Source of the DNA: an uncultured Acidobacteriota bacterium
GTDB taxonomy: Bacteria; Acidobacteriota; Thermoanaerobaculia; Multivoradales; SZUA-115
Length of the DNA: 64,000 bases
Direction: 5' to 3'
NCBI GenBank assembly: GCA_963805975.1
Contig: CAWDVR010000003.1
Location: 224,001-288,000, forward strand
Shown here: positions 1 through 9,840 of the stretch, in pieces
Layout of the letters: each line of letters starts with the position of its first letter
Position numbering within the stretch: position 1 is the first letter of the stretch
Program-made: the position numbers and the translations under genes
The notes under the pieces: generated by a model
What the model was told of the DNA's origin: nothing
Database searches by the model: none
What the model saw: only the letters and a program-made list of their open reading frames with translations

Positions 1-1
1 G

Positions 2-250
2 GAATTCCTGGCCGGCGTGGGCATCAACGCCCAGGTGGACTGGACCCGGGAGGACACCTGGGAAGCTCACCGAGCCTGGTACGCCTATGCTCTGAAGCGC
101 CGCCGCGGCGCGGTGGGCAAGCGGCCCCTGGCGGACCTGCTGATCGGCGCCTTCGCCAGCCGCCACGAAGGCCTTCTGACCCGCAATCCCACCGACTTCC
201 AGCCCTTCTTCCCGCAGCTCGTGCTGCGTGGTGGCGAGCCGCGTCCCTGA
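2..250 (+). CDS. PIN-domain (VapC-like) protein, 5' end outside window
   Basis: Frame open from window edge; C-terminal PIN signature 'LADLLIGAFASRHEGLLTRNPTDF'. Confidence 0.75.
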   Translation, partial: EFLAGVGINAQVDWTREDTWEAHRAWYAYALKRRRGAVGKRPLADLLIGAFASRHEGLLTRNPTDFQPFFPQLVLRGGEPRP

Positions 251-384
251 AGAGCTCTCCGGCCTCCGGCCGGGCCCGGCGAGCTGTCTAATACCAACTG
301 CCTTCCTCCTCGTCCTGGTACCTGAAGCCCCATTCGCAGGGCCCAGTCAACCGCCCTGAGCGATCGGGGCAGAGGAGGAGTCCC

Positions 385-2271
385 ATGTTTCGTCGCGCCG
401 TACCGTTCGCTCTCTGTAGTCTGTTGCTGACCTCGTTCGGCTGGGCGCAGGAGCGCACCGCACCCGAGATCGTCACCAAGCGGACCCTGCGCCTGCCCCA
501 CACCGGCCGTGAGCTCACTGCGGTCAAGACCTTCGACCCGCAGACCGGCGAGAGCCGGGTGCTGGCCTTCGAGAACGGCGTCGAGGTGAATGCCAAGCAG
601 GCCCTGGCTGCCGAGGACGAGGCGCGCTTCGCCGCCCTCGGCAACCTGCTGCCGTCGCTCGCGAGCCGGCTCGACGACGGCACGACCGGCCGCATCCAGG
701 TGCTGATGCGTCTGGCGATGGAGGAGCCGTTCCTCGACAAGAGCCGCATCCGCTCGGCGGCGGACGAGGCCGGCTTCACCCTGATGGCGCGGGCCGCCGA
801 AGAGCGGCTGGTCGCCCGCGCGGGCGCACTTCTCGACGAGAAGCTCGCGCGGCTGGGTGTGGAGGACGCGCGGGTGCTCTCCCGGAGCGGCCCCTTCGTC
901 GCCGTCGAGCTGCCGGCCGAGGCGGTGCGCCAGCTCTCCCGCGATCGCGGCATCGGTTTCATCGGCCTCTACGGCGAAGAGCGGATCAACGACGCACCGA
1001 CGATCCCGGCGTCGCTGCCCACCACGCGCACCGACTACATGCACTCCTCGGGGAACAAGGGCGCGGGCGTGAAGATCGCGGTGCTCGAGGAGGGGTACCC
1101 CACGCTGCCCATCGCCTGCTTCAACATCGTGGCCCTCCACGACTACAGCCAGCAGACGGATTCGCACCTCACCTTCAGCCCCGGCCTGATCGGCAACCGC
1201 TACAACAACGGCGCCTGCAACGGCACCTGGACGGGCTACGCCCCCGAAGCCTCGGTGGTGATGGCCAACAGCGACAGTTGGGTGGACTCTTTCGAGTGGG
1301 CGAAGAACCAGGGCATCAACGTCGTCACCATGAGCTGGCACACCTTCACGGAGGAGATCAATCCCAATCTTTCGAGCCGCGACATCTTCTTCGACTACTG
1401 GACCACGCAGCCGCCGTATCCGATCGTCTTCACCTCGGCGGGCAACCAGGCGGCGAACGACGCCTATGCCTCCGGCAAGGGCTACAACATCATGGGCGTG
1501 GGCAACGTCCTGAACGACGACGAGGTCGACCGCTGCAACGACAGCATGTCGCCCGACAGCAGCTTCCTCGACCCGGACTCGCCGCACAGCGACCGCGAGG
1601 TGCCGGCGATCGCGTCACCCGGCAGCCTGGTCTCCCTGCTGGGCTCGACCTTCGGCGGTACGAGCGCCGCGACCCCGGTCACGGCCGCGATCACCGCCGA
1701 CCTCCTGTCGCGCAACCCGACGCTCAAGAGCTGGCCGGAAGCGACGCGCGCCATCCTCCTCGCCACCGCCAACTACCAGGGAGCGGACGGACAGAGCTGG
1801 TCGAAGTCGGCAGAGGGCAAGGACGGCACCGGCATGACCAACGCCTACTTCGCCGCGCTGGCCGCGGACACCCGCGAGACCACCACCACGCCACAGTTCC
1901 GTGCCCACGACTACGGCACCCTCTACAACTCGAGCTTCAGCGCCGGCTACCTCACCAAGACTTGGAAGGCGAAGGTCGGCAGCATCCCGTCCCGTGTGCG
2001 CGTGGCGCTGGTGTGGAACAGCAAGGTGGCGGCGACCAACGGCGACCCGTCGTCGAGCGTGCTCGACGCCGATCTCGACCTCATCGTGCAGGCCCCCAAC
2101 GGCACCACGGTGGCGAGCTCCACCTCCTACGACAGCTCCCACGAGTTCGTCGAGTTCGCGCCGACGGTCGCCGGCGACTACACCATCAAGGTGCGGGGCG
2201 TCACCGTGCCCGCCAACTTCACGCGCTACTACGCCGTCGCCTGGACGGCCCACTACGACATCTGCGAGTGA
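385..2271 (+). CDS. Secreted S8 (subtilisin-like) serine peptidase with C-terminal PPC-like domain
   Basis: RBS GAGGAG; signal peptide; motifs KIAVLEEG, DSHLT, SAGN, GGTSAATP; 'DADLDLIV' in C-terminal domain. Confidence 0.85.
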   Translation: MFRRAVPFALCSLLLTSFGWAQERTAPEIVTKRTLRLPHTGRELTAVKTFDPQTGESRVLAFENGVEVNAKQALAAEDEARFAALGNLLPSLASRLDDGTTGRIQVLMRLAMEEPFLDKSRIRSAADEAGFTLMARAAEERLVARAGALLDEKLARLGVEDARVLSRSGPFVAVELPAEAVRQLSRDRGIGFIGLYGEERINDAPTIPASLPTTRTDYMHSSGNKGAGVKIAVLEEGYPTLPIACFNIVALHDYSQQTDSHLTFSPGLIGNRYNNGACNGTWTGYAPEASVVMANSDSWVDSFEWAKNQGINVVTMSWHTFTEEINPNLSSRDIFFDYWTTQPPYPIVFTSAGNQAANDAYASGKGYNIMGVGNVLNDDEVDRCNDSMSPDSSFLDPDSPHSDREVPAIASPGSLVSLLGSTFGGTSAATPVTAAITADLLSRNPTLKSWPEATRAILLATANYQGADGQSWSKSAEGKDGTGMTNAYFAALAADTRETTTTPQFRAHDYGTLYNSSFSAGYLTKTWKAKVGSIPSRVRVALVWNSKVAATNGDPSSSVLDADLDLIVQAPNGTTVASSTSYDSSHEFVEFAPTVAGDYTIKVRGVTVPANFTRYYAVAWTAHYDICE

Positions 2272-2285
2272 GCGGGTGAGACCTT

Positions 2286-2325
2286 CGCGCCGGCTCAGAT
2301 GGCCGGCGCGGGGGCGGTTTTTGTT
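2286..2325 (+). terminator. Probable intrinsic terminator
   Basis: Stem CGCGCCGGC (2286-2294)/GCCGGCGCG (2302-2310) followed by a T-rich tract, just after the peptidase stop. Confidence 0.55.
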
Positions 2326-2350
2326 CACACCTCCAGCTCATCTTTGACCG

Positions 2351-2362
2351 ATGTGGCCACAT
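2351..2362. promoter_or_regulatory. Palindromic operator candidate for TA operon
   Basis: Perfect 12-bp palindrome ATGTGGCCACAT shortly upstream of the antitoxin-remnant ATG. Confidence 0.45.
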
Positions 2363-2379
2363 GAGACTACATTGACGGC

Positions 2380-2470
2380 ATGCGAGCTGTCGGCCTGCGC
2401 GACCTGAAGAACGCTCGCCAAGCCCGGCCTGGCTGCGCAGCTCCTCACCGCTGAACGAGGCGACTCCTGA
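2380..2470 (+). pseudogene. Internally deleted Phd/YefM-family antitoxin
   Basis: N-terminus MRAVGLRDLKN joined out of frame to a C-terminus-like LAKPGLAAQLLTAERGDS*. Confidence 0.6.
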
Positions 2471-2640
2471 TCCTCTACGCCGAATCCAGCGCTGTTCGCA
2501 CTCTCGACGCTATCCACCTGGCCAGCGCAATGCGGCTCCAGGCAGCCCTACCTGAGCTGCACGTCCTGAGCCTGGACCAGCGGATTCGTGACAACGCACG
2601 CCACCTCGGGCTGCGATTGCTTCCCGCCGAGAACGCCTGA
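2467..2640 (+). pseudogene. Internally deleted VapC/PIN toxin
   Basis: (L)ILYAESSAV fused in frame to RTLDAIHLASA...LSLDQRIRDNA; overlaps the antitoxin stop; only 57 aa. Confidence 0.7.
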
Positions 2641-2836
2641 CGCCGCGCTCGTAGCCGCGGAAGCGCAGCCTGAGGTGCCGGCCCGGATTGCCCTCCCCAG
2701 TTCTCCCGCCGGAAGTACGGTGGCGCCTGTCCTGCTGCCTGTGGCTAAAGCCCCCAGCTGTCTGTCAGGCCCCGTCACCGCAGGGGCCAGACTGCGATCG
2801 CCGTGATACCGTCCCGCTGCCTTCAGGACCCCCGCC

Positions 2837-3367
2837 ATGCCCAGCCTTCCCGACCACGCTGACGAGCCCGTAGCCAGTCTCGACCTGGCCGTGCCGCTCG
2901 TTCCTCGGCCCGGCCGGCCGGAAGCGGCGGCGGCGATCTGGCGCTGGCGGGAGGGGCAGGGGCAGGCCACTGGAACGGCGCCCGCGGTGCTGCGCCGCGA
3001 GGGTGCGCTCCGGGCGCTGATCGGCAGCCTGGTGGGCGGAGCGCTCTTCGTCTTCGGGCAGGCCAGCCTGGCCTTCGTGGCGTGGAGCGTCTCCGCGCTC
3101 GTGCTGCTCGCTGCTCTGGCCTCCCCGGCAGGTGCCTACGCTGCCATCGGCCGCGGGCTCGAGGCCTTCGGGCGGCTGGTGGGCCGGCTGCTCGCGGTCC
3201 TGCTGCTGACGCCGGTCTTCTTCCTCTTCTTCGTGCCCTTCGGGCTGCTCTTCCGGCGCGGCCGGCGCGATCGGCTGGAGCGCTGGTTCGACCGCGCGGC
3301 GCCCAGCTACTGGCACTGCCGCGAAGCCGTTCCCAGGACGCGCGAGTCCTACGAGAAGGCCTTCTAG
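2837..3367 (+). CDS. SxtJ-family membrane protein
   Basis: Several TM segments; C-terminal 'PVFFLFFVPFGLLFR..RDRL...SYW...YEKAF'; precedes a carbamoyltransferase. Confidence 0.65.
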   Translation: MPSLPDHADEPVASLDLAVPLVPRPGRPEAAAAIWRWREGQGQATGTAPAVLRREGALRALIGSLVGGALFVFGQASLAFVAWSVSALVLLAALASPAGAYAAIGRGLEAFGRLVGRLLAVLLLTPVFFLFFVPFGLLFRRGRRDRLERWFDRAAPSYWHCREAVPRTRESYEKAF

Positions 3368-3387
3368 CCGGCCGTCGAGATCCGCCC

Positions 3388-5235
3388 ATGAAGATCCTGG
3401 GATTGAGCGCCTACTACCACGACTCGGCCGCCTGCCTGGTAGACGACGGGCTGATCGTGGCCGCGGCGCAAGAAGAGCGGTTCACGCGCAAGAAGCACGA
3501 CGCCGGCTTCCCCGCCAACGCCGTCCGCTACTGCCTGGCCGAGGGCTGCATCGAGAAGGCGGGCCTCGATGCAGTCGTCTTCTACGACAAGCCGATCCTC
3601 AAGTTCCACCGCCTGCTCGAGACCTATCTCTCGGTCGCGCCGCGGGGCCTCGGCCAGTTCCTGTCCGCCGTGCCCTTGTGGCTCAAGGACCGGCTGTGGG
3701 TGGCGCCGGAGATCCAGGCCGCGCTCCAGGCCCTGGGGCTCGAAGAGCCGCCCGCGGTCCGCTTCGCCGAGCACCACGAGTCGCACGCGGCGAGCGCTTT
3801 CTATCCTTCGCCGTTCGAGGAGGCCGCGACGCTGACGCTCGACGGCGTGGGCGAGTGGTCGACCACCACGATCGGCGTCGGCGAGGGCCACCGGCTGCGG
3901 CTGGTCGAGGAGATCCGCTTCCCACACTCGCTGGGGCTGCTCTACTCGGCCTTCACCTACTTCACGGGCTTCCGGGTCAACTCCGGCGAGTACAAGCTGA
4001 TGGGGCTGGCGCCCTACGGCGAGCCGGTCTACCGCGACCGCATCCTCCGGGATCTCGTGGACCTCAAGGCCGACGGCTCCTTCCACCTCGACCTCTCCTA
4101 TTTCGACTATCTCGCCGGCTGGCGGATGACGAGCCGCCGCTTCGAGAAGCTCTTCGGGGGGCCGCCGCGCTCGCCCGAGTCGCCGATCACCCGCCGCGAG
4201 ATGGACCTCGCGCGCTCGGTGCAGGCGGTGACCGAGGAGATCGTGCTCCGCGGCGCGCGTCACGCGCGCCAGGTCACCGGCAAGCGGAACCTGTGCCTCG
4301 CCGGCGGCGTGGCCCTCAACTGCGTGGCCAACGGCGTGCTGCTGCGGGAAGGGGTGTTCGACGAGATCTGGATCCAGCCCGCGGCGGGAGACGCCGGCGG
4401 CGCGGTGGGCGCTGCGCTGGCGTACTACCACCTGGGGCTGGACCACCCGCGGCCAGCACCGGCCAACCGCCGCCGGCCGGGCGGGGACGGCATGCAGGGC
4501 GGCTACCTCGGGCCGGAGTTCTCGAACCCGGCGATCCAGGAGTTCCTCGACGCCAAGGGCTACCCGTACCGCCGGCTCGCTGCCGGGAGCTGGGCCGACG
4601 AGGTCGCCGGCCTGCTCGCGGAGGAGAACGTCGTCGGCCTCGTCCAGGGGCGCATGGAGTTCGGGCCGCGGGCGCTCGGCAACCGCTCGATCCTGGGCGA
4701 CGCGCGCTCGCCCAAGATGCAGTCGGTGATGAACCTGAAGATCAAGCATCGCGAGAGCTTCCGGCCCTTCGCACCGGCGGTGCTCGAGGAGCGGGTGGGG
4801 GACTATTTCGTGCTCGACTGCCCCTCGCCCTACATGCTGCTGGTGGCGGAGGTGCGGCCGGAGCGCTGCCTGCCGCGGCAGGGCGACGAGCGGGATCTGC
4901 CGCTCGTCGAGTGGGTGAACCGGCCGCGCTCGGACGTGCCGGCCATCACCCACGTGGACGGCTCGGCGCGCGTCCAGACCGTGTCGCGCGCCACCAACCC
5001 GCGCTTCCACGCGCTGCTCGAAGCCTTTGCGGCGAAGACCGGCTACGGCGTGCTGATCAACACCAGCTTCAACGTGCGCGGCGAGCCCATCGTCTGCACC
5101 CCCGAGGACGCCTATCGCTGCTTCATGCGCACCGAGATGGACTACCTCGTGCTCGAGGATTTCGTGCTCGCCCGGCGCGAGCAGCCGGGCTGGGAGGAGC
5201 AGGGGAACTGGCGCGAGACGTTCGTGCTGGATTAG
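3388..5235 (+). CDS. O-carbamoyltransferase (NodU/CmcH/SxtI family)
   Basis: MKILGLSAYYHDSAA, EHHESHAASAF, GGVALNCVAN, EFGPRALGNRSIL, NTSFNVRGEPIV. Confidence 0.95.
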   Translation: MKILGLSAYYHDSAACLVDDGLIVAAAQEERFTRKKHDAGFPANAVRYCLAEGCIEKAGLDAVVFYDKPILKFHRLLETYLSVAPRGLGQFLSAVPLWLKDRLWVAPEIQAALQALGLEEPPAVRFAEHHESHAASAFYPSPFEEAATLTLDGVGEWSTTTIGVGEGHRLRLVEEIRFPHSLGLLYSAFTYFTGFRVNSGEYKLMGLAPYGEPVYRDRILRDLVDLKADGSFHLDLSYFDYLAGWRMTSRRFEKLFGGPPRSPESPITRREMDLARSVQAVTEEIVLRGARHARQVTGKRNLCLAGGVALNCVANGVLLREGVFDEIWIQPAAGDAGGAVGAALAYYHLGLDHPRPAPANRRRPGGDGMQGGYLGPEFSNPAIQEFLDAKGYPYRRLAAGSWADEVAGLLAEENVVGLVQGRMEFGPRALGNRSILGDARSPKMQSVMNLKIKHRESFRPFAPAVLEERVGDYFVLDCPSPYMLLVAEVRPERCLPRQGDERDLPLVEWVNRPRSDVPAITHVDGSARVQTVSRATNPRFHALLEAFAAKTGYGVLINTSFNVRGEPIVCTPEDAYRCFMRTEMDYLVLEDFVLARREQPGWEEQGNWRETFVLD

Positions 5236-5245
5236 AGTGGCCGCG

Positions 5246-5410
5246 ATGAGCAAGCTCCGCTACAGCGCCACCCTGGCGAAAGAGTTCCTCGAGTTCGCCC
5301 GCACCCACAAGGCGTACTGGATCGTGCCGCTGCTCCTGGTGCTCGGCCTGGTGGGCATCCTGATCGCCGCCGGCCAGGTCTCGGCGCCGTTCATCTACAC
5401 GATTTTCTAG
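5246..5410 (+). CDS. Small SxtK-like (DUF5989-type) membrane protein, 54 aa, absent from the ORF track
   Basis: MSKLRYSATLAKEFLEFARTHKAYWIVPLLLVLGLVGILIAAGQVSAPFIYTIF; characteristic 'APFIYTIF' end. Confidence 0.8.
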   Translation: MSKLRYSATLAKEFLEFARTHKAYWIVPLLLVLGLVGILIAAGQVSAPFIYTIF

Positions 5411-6321
5411 GCCGGTCCGAGCACCGGCTCCGTTCCGGTGTACGAGCCCGGCAGGTCGCGGGTGTCCTTGGCCGCCACCAGGAAGCGGATGTCGTACTGC
5501 CCCTGCACTGCCGCGAGCGTCGAGCGGTCCACCGGACCGAAACCGCCGGGGTGGAGGTGCGGCTCGACCCTTGCCGCGCAGGTATAGCCCAGGTCGCAGA
5601 GGAAGCTGACCACGGCCCGTGCCTCCGGGGCGCCGTGGAGCTCGACCAGCAGCTTGGGGCGGTGCTCGCGCAGCAGATCCTCGGCGCCCCGGAGCAGCAG
5701 CGCCTCGGCGCCTTCGACATCGATCTTGACCAGCGCCGGCAGCGGCAGATTCAGCTCGCGGATCACGGAATCCAGCCGGCGGCTCGGGACCATCTCGGTC
5801 AGCGGCCCGAGCCCCAGGTTGCGGCGCCCCTCGGCAGGCCGCCCGCCGCTGACCTTGTCGAGCGTGCCGGAGGAAGACTGCCGGTCATCCACCTGGAAGA
5901 GCGCCTCGCCGTCCTCGTCCGAGAGGGCCAAGGGAAGCACCCGCACGCGACGCCCGATCGCACCCAGCTCGAGGTTCCTGGCGAGGAGCGCGCGGTTCTC
6001 CGCCACCGGCTCGAAGGCCACCACCTGGCCGGCCCTCAGCACGCCGGCGAGGTAGCGGCAGTAGAGGCCCAGGTTGGCGCCGGCGTCATAGATCACCTCT
6101 CCCGGGCGAACCATCTGCCGCAGCATGGAGAACGGAAAGTGCTCGGAGACCAGAGGCTCGCGCAGCCAGAAAGAGCGGTTGCGCCGCAGGCGGATGGCGA
6201 AGGGGCCGATGCCCGCGATACGGATGTGGACCCGGAGGTCGGGGATCAGGGCGAGCGCGGCGCGGCCCAGCCGCGGCCGGCTGCGCAGGCGGTAGGCGAG
6301 CGAACGGACGAGTGAGCGCAT
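5407..6321 (-). CDS. FkbM-family methyltransferase
   Basis: YDAGANLG, VAFEP, VKIDVEGAE motifs. Confidence 0.9.
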   Translation of the reverse strand: MRSLVRSLAYRLRSRPRLGRAALALIPDLRVHIRIAGIGPFAIRLRRNRSFWLREPLVSEHFPFSMLRQMVRPGEVIYDAGANLGLYCRYLAGVLRAGQVVAFEPVAENRALLARNLELGAIGRRVRVLPLALSDEDGEALFQVDDRQSSSGTLDKVSGGRPAEGRRNLGLGPLTEMVPSRRLDSVIRELNLPLPALVKIDVEGAEALLLRGAEDLLREHRPKLLVELHGAPEARAVVSFLCDLGYTCAARVEPHLHPGGFGPVDRSTLAAVQGQYDIRFLVAAKDTRDLPGSYTGTEPVLGPA

Positions 6322-6331
6322 CGGCGGGATC

Positions 6332-7423
6332 TCAGCCGCCGGCGAAGATACCCCGGGCCGTGTCCTCACGCCGCACGGGGGCCTGCTGGCGGCGCCGGTT
6401 GAGCGCCGCCCGGGTGCGGCCCTCGCCGGTCCGGTAGAGCTCGAGGCCGCGGTACATGTCGCAGCCGGCGCAGGTGGCGTTGAGGCAGCCCCCGGGCCGG
6501 AACTGCGCCCGCAGCTCGCGCATCAAGGCCCCGGTGTAGATCTCGAGCAGGCTCTGCTCGAGGATCCGGCCGATCGCCAGATCCTCCGCGGCATCCATCG
6601 CCGCCAGGCAGGAGCAGGCGAGCACAGTGCCGTCCGGCAGCACGATCGGCCCGTTGTACAGGTTGACGCAGGGCTCGGTCTTCGACGGCGCCGGCCGCAG
6701 GCGCATTCCCGGCGGCAGCATCTCGCGGGTGATGCGTCCGCCCGCCGACGCGAACGACCAGGTGAAGTCGACCTGCGGACGGTGTTCGAGGATGGGCTGG
6801 AAATCCGGGTCTTTCATCACTTCCTCGAGCGGCCGGTCGGTGCGCAGGCCGATCGAGACGTTGACCGGGTGGCCGAGCCGGGCGTTCTCGCGCACCAGGG
6901 CGGTGACGTTGTCCCGCATGCGCTTGTAGGCCGAGGAGCGGTAGATCCTGCGGTAGCTCGCCTCGTCGAAGCCGGAGGTGCTGATGTTGATGGTGGTCAG
7001 GCCTGAGCCCAGGACCTCCTCGATGCCGTGGCGGTCGGCGAGGATGGCATTGGTGGTGAGAAAGATGCGGTCGATCTCCGGCAAGCTCCGCAAGTGCCGG
7101 ACGCGGCGCAGGAACTGGGGATCGATCAAGGCGTCGCCGACGATCGGCGTCAGCCCCACCGAGCCGCCGCGGAGCGCCACGTACTCTCCCACCGCGCGCT
7201 CGAACACCTCGTCGCTCATCACGGCGGTGGGCCGCTCCTGGAAATGGTACGGGCAGAAGATGCAGTCGGCGTTGCACAGATTGGTGAGCTCGAGGTGGAG
7301 CTCGAAGGGGCGCAGGGCCATCGCCTCGAGCGTCGCCTCCAGGTCGAAGAACAGCGAGCCGTAGACGGCCTCGGCCTTGCGCCGCAGGACGCGGCCGACC
7401 TTGTCGAGGAGAACCTTGCTCAT
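6332..7423 (-). CDS. Radical SAM protein with SPASM/twitch domain
   Basis: ELTNLCNADCIFC (CxxxCxxC); C-terminal Cys set (PC..., ACSC, CAGC). Confidence 0.9.
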   Translation of the reverse strand: MSKVLLDKVGRVLRRKAEAVYGSLFFDLEATLEAMALRPFELHLELTNLCNADCIFCPYHFQERPTAVMSDEVFERAVGEYVALRGGSVGLTPIVGDALIDPQFLRRVRHLRSLPEIDRIFLTTNAILADRHGIEEVLGSGLTTINISTSGFDEASYRRIYRSSAYKRMRDNVTALVRENARLGHPVNVSIGLRTDRPLEEVMKDPDFQPILEHRPQVDFTWSFASAGGRITREMLPPGMRLRPAPSKTEPCVNLYNGPIVLPDGTVLACSCLAAMDAAEDLAIGRILEQSLLEIYTGALMRELRAQFRPGGCLNATCAGCDMYRGLELYRTGEGRTRAALNRRRQQAPVRREDTARGIFAGG

Positions 7424-7466
7424 CGTCGCGCTTTCGAGCGCGCGTCGCCGGGCGCCGGACTGCGGA

Positions 7467-8621
7467 TCAGGCGATCTTCCGTTCCTTCGGAGCCTTGGCG
7501 GCCAGCACGTCGCCGCCGGTCCGGGAGCCGGGGTCACCGCCGCGGAGCATGCGGCCGGCGTTGCGCATCGCCATCACGGCGACGAACTCGAGAGCCACCA
7601 GCAGCAGGCCGAGCGACGCGTTGTGCGTCACCGCCACCACCAGAGACATGGTGCAGAACAGGAACGCCGCGCCGTAGATTGCGCCCACGATGCGTGCCCG
7701 CCGCGCCATGAAGGGCTCGAGCACGTGGTGCAGGTGCTTGCGGTCGGCGCGGAACATGCCGAGGAAGCGCTCCACAAAGAGGCTGTGCGGCCGGTCCAGG
7801 AAGCGCACCAGCATCACCACCAGGGTGTCCATCACCGGCAGGCCGAGAGCGAGGATGGGCACCAGGATGGCGACCGCCGCCGGCGCCTTGAGCGAAGACT
7901 GGACGCTCATCGCCGCCAGCAGGAAGCCCAGGGTGAGCGAGCCCGAGTCGCCCATGAAGATCCGCGCCGGCGCCCAGTTGTGGCGCAGGAAGCCGACGCA
8001 GGCGCCGACCATCGCCGCCATCAGCACCACCACCAGCAGGTTGCCCAGATCGACGGCATAGATCCACAGGCCGGTGGCGATGATCGCGACCACGCCGCCA
8101 GCCAGGCCGTCCAGGCCGTCGAGCAGGTTGATGGCATTGGTGACCCCGACGATCCACAGCAGCGACACCAGCTCGCCGAAGATGCCCAGCTCGACGTTGC
8201 CGAGCCCGGGGATCGAGAGCACCTGGAAGGACCAGCCGATGTGCACCAGGAGGTAGGCGGCGACCAGCTCGACGAGGAACTTCTGGGAGACCGAGACGCC
8301 GGAGATGTCGTCCAGCACGCCGACCAGGAAAACGAGGAGCGTGCCCACGGCGAGCGCCACCAGCTCCGAGCGGCTGACGCCGAAGCTCCAGGCGTTCCAC
8401 TTCACCATCACCACCGCCAGCGCGCCGAGCGCCCAGCCGGCGACGATCGCCGCCCCGCCCAGCCGCGGCACGCCGCGGACCTGGAGCTTGCGCCCGTCCG
8501 GGTAGTCCACGGCCTTGAGCGCCAGGGCCACCCGCACCACGGGCGGCACTAACAGATTGGTGACCAGTCCGGCGATGACCGCCGCGAGGAGAGCGGGAAA
8601 AAAAATGTTCTCGATCGGCAT
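7467..8621 (-). CDS. wecA: Undecaprenyl-phosphate GlcNAc-1-phosphate transferase (MraY/WecA family)
   Basis: [32 protein letters not shown], 'ADRKHLHH'; multi-TM. Confidence 0.85.
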   Translation of the reverse strand: MPIENIFFPALLAAVIAGLVTNLLVPPVVRVALALKAVDYPDGRKLQVRGVPRLGGAAIVAGWALGALAVVMVKWNAWSFGVSRSELVALAVGTLLVFLVGVLDDISGVSVSQKFLVELVAAYLLVHIGWSFQVLSIPGLGNVELGIFGELVSLLWIVGVTNAINLLDGLDGLAGGVVAIIATGLWIYAVDLGNLLVVVLMAAMVGACVGFLRHNWAPARIFMGDSGSLTLGFLLAAMSVQSSLKAPAAVAILVPILALGLPVMDTLVVMLVRFLDRPHSLFVERFLGMFRADRKHLHHVLEPFMARRARIVGAIYGAAFLFCTMSLVVAVTHNASLGLLLVALEFVAVMAMRNAGRMLRGGDPGSRTGGDVLAAKAPKERKIA

Positions 8622-8640
8622 TCGCGTGGGTGAGAGCAGT

Positions 8641-9753
8641 CTAGCGTATGTTTTCCGGTGACGCATTCGCGATCGCCTGGAGGGCGTGGGCCACGGCCTC
8701 GGCGTCGCCTATCTCGGCGCGGAAGTAGCGAGCCTCGGGCAGGCCCTGGCGGGCGAGCAGATGGACGTCGGAAGCCGCGCTGCCGATGAAGAGCAGGGGC
8801 CGGCCGGAGGCCACGCAGCCATAGATCTTCGAGGGCAGCACGTAACCCACGAACTCGTCGCGCAGGGTGACGAGATGGGCGTCCGGCGTCACCAGCAGGC
8901 GGGGCAGCTCGGCGAGCGGCACCGGCCGCGAGCGATGAAAGGGTAGACCCTCGGCCGCGAGCATCTCGGCCACGCGGTCCGCCCTGGCGCCGGTGGCGTT
9001 CAACCACAGGCGCACGCGGCCGGAGCCTCGGGTGTGGTGGAGGCGGTAGCCGGCGAGAAAGGTCTCGTGGTCGTGCGCCACTCCGAAGTTGCCGGAGTAG
9101 AGCAGGATCCTGCTGCCCTGGAGCTCCGGGGGTGGCGGCAGCGGCAGGGTGCCGGCGGGGATCGCGACCGGGCTGGGGTCCCGCTTCAAGGTGATCCGTT
9201 CCGCCGGGATGCCGATCGCGAGCAGGCGCCGGCGCTGGTCCTCGCCCAGCACCTCGAAGCCGTCGATCTGGTTGCGGAGCGCGAGCGTCAGCCGGTAGAA
9301 GGCATCGAGGGCTGCCGGCCGGCTCTCTCCCAGCTCGGCCATCAGGCACTCGGGGTGAAAGTCGGTGATGCGGTAGGTGAGCCGCGCGCGGAGAAGAACG
9401 TTGAGCGGCGCCAGCCAGTGCAGCAGAAACGGCGGGCTGCCGGTGAAGAGGATCTCGTCCGCCGCGGCGAGCGCGCGGCGCGCTCGCCACAGCAGGCGGG
9501 CGTTGGTGGCGAGCGTCCAGCGGGCGCGCTCCTTCCAGTCCGCACGGTCGTAGACCGGTGCCCGGAGTCGCAGGGTGGTGAGGCGCCCGTGATCGACCTC
9601 CTCGACCTCTTCCGAGCTCCTGGTCGACGACAGGCCGACGAGCGTCACCTCCTCGCCCACCGCCGCCCGCTGGCGAGCGAACAGCACGCTGTACTGGCCC
9701 ACCGCGCCGAAGTCCGGCGGCAACCAGTCGCAGAGATAGACGAGCTTGTGCAT
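8641..9753 (-). CDS. Glycosyltransferase, GT4/WcaI-like
   Basis: [12 protein letters not shown] and VLPSKIYG motifs. Confidence 0.75.
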   Translation of the reverse strand: MHKLVYLCDWLPPDFGAVGQYSVLFARQRAAVGEEVTLVGLSSTRSSEEVEEVDHGRLTTLRLRAPVYDRADWKERARWTLATNARLLWRARRALAAADEILFTGSPPFLLHWLAPLNVLLRARLTYRITDFHPECLMAELGESRPAALDAFYRLTLALRNQIDGFEVLGEDQRRRLLAIGIPAERITLKRDPSPVAIPAGTLPLPPPPELQGSRILLYSGNFGVAHDHETFLAGYRLHHTRGSGRVRLWLNATGARADRVAEMLAAEGLPFHRSRPVPLAELPRLLVTPDAHLVTLRDEFVGYVLPSKIYGCVASGRPLLFIGSAASDVHLLARQGLPEARYFRAEIGDAEAVAHALQAIANASPENIR

Positions 9754-9840
9754 GGAAAGGAATCGGCCCCCGGTCGGGGACCGATGCTACCGCGAGGAGC
9801 AAGAGGCCAGGGCGTCCAGCGGCAGACGCCAGCGAGGGAT

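Noticed and set aside
2721-2736. TGGCGC-N5-CTGC sigma-54-like site upstream of the SxtJ-like gene
   Set aside because: Two mismatches to consensus. Chance matches are likely at this GC content.
2837-5410. Saxitoxin biosynthesis
   Set aside because: Only IJK-like genes are present. No sxtA-, sxtG- or sxtB-like core genes are in the window.
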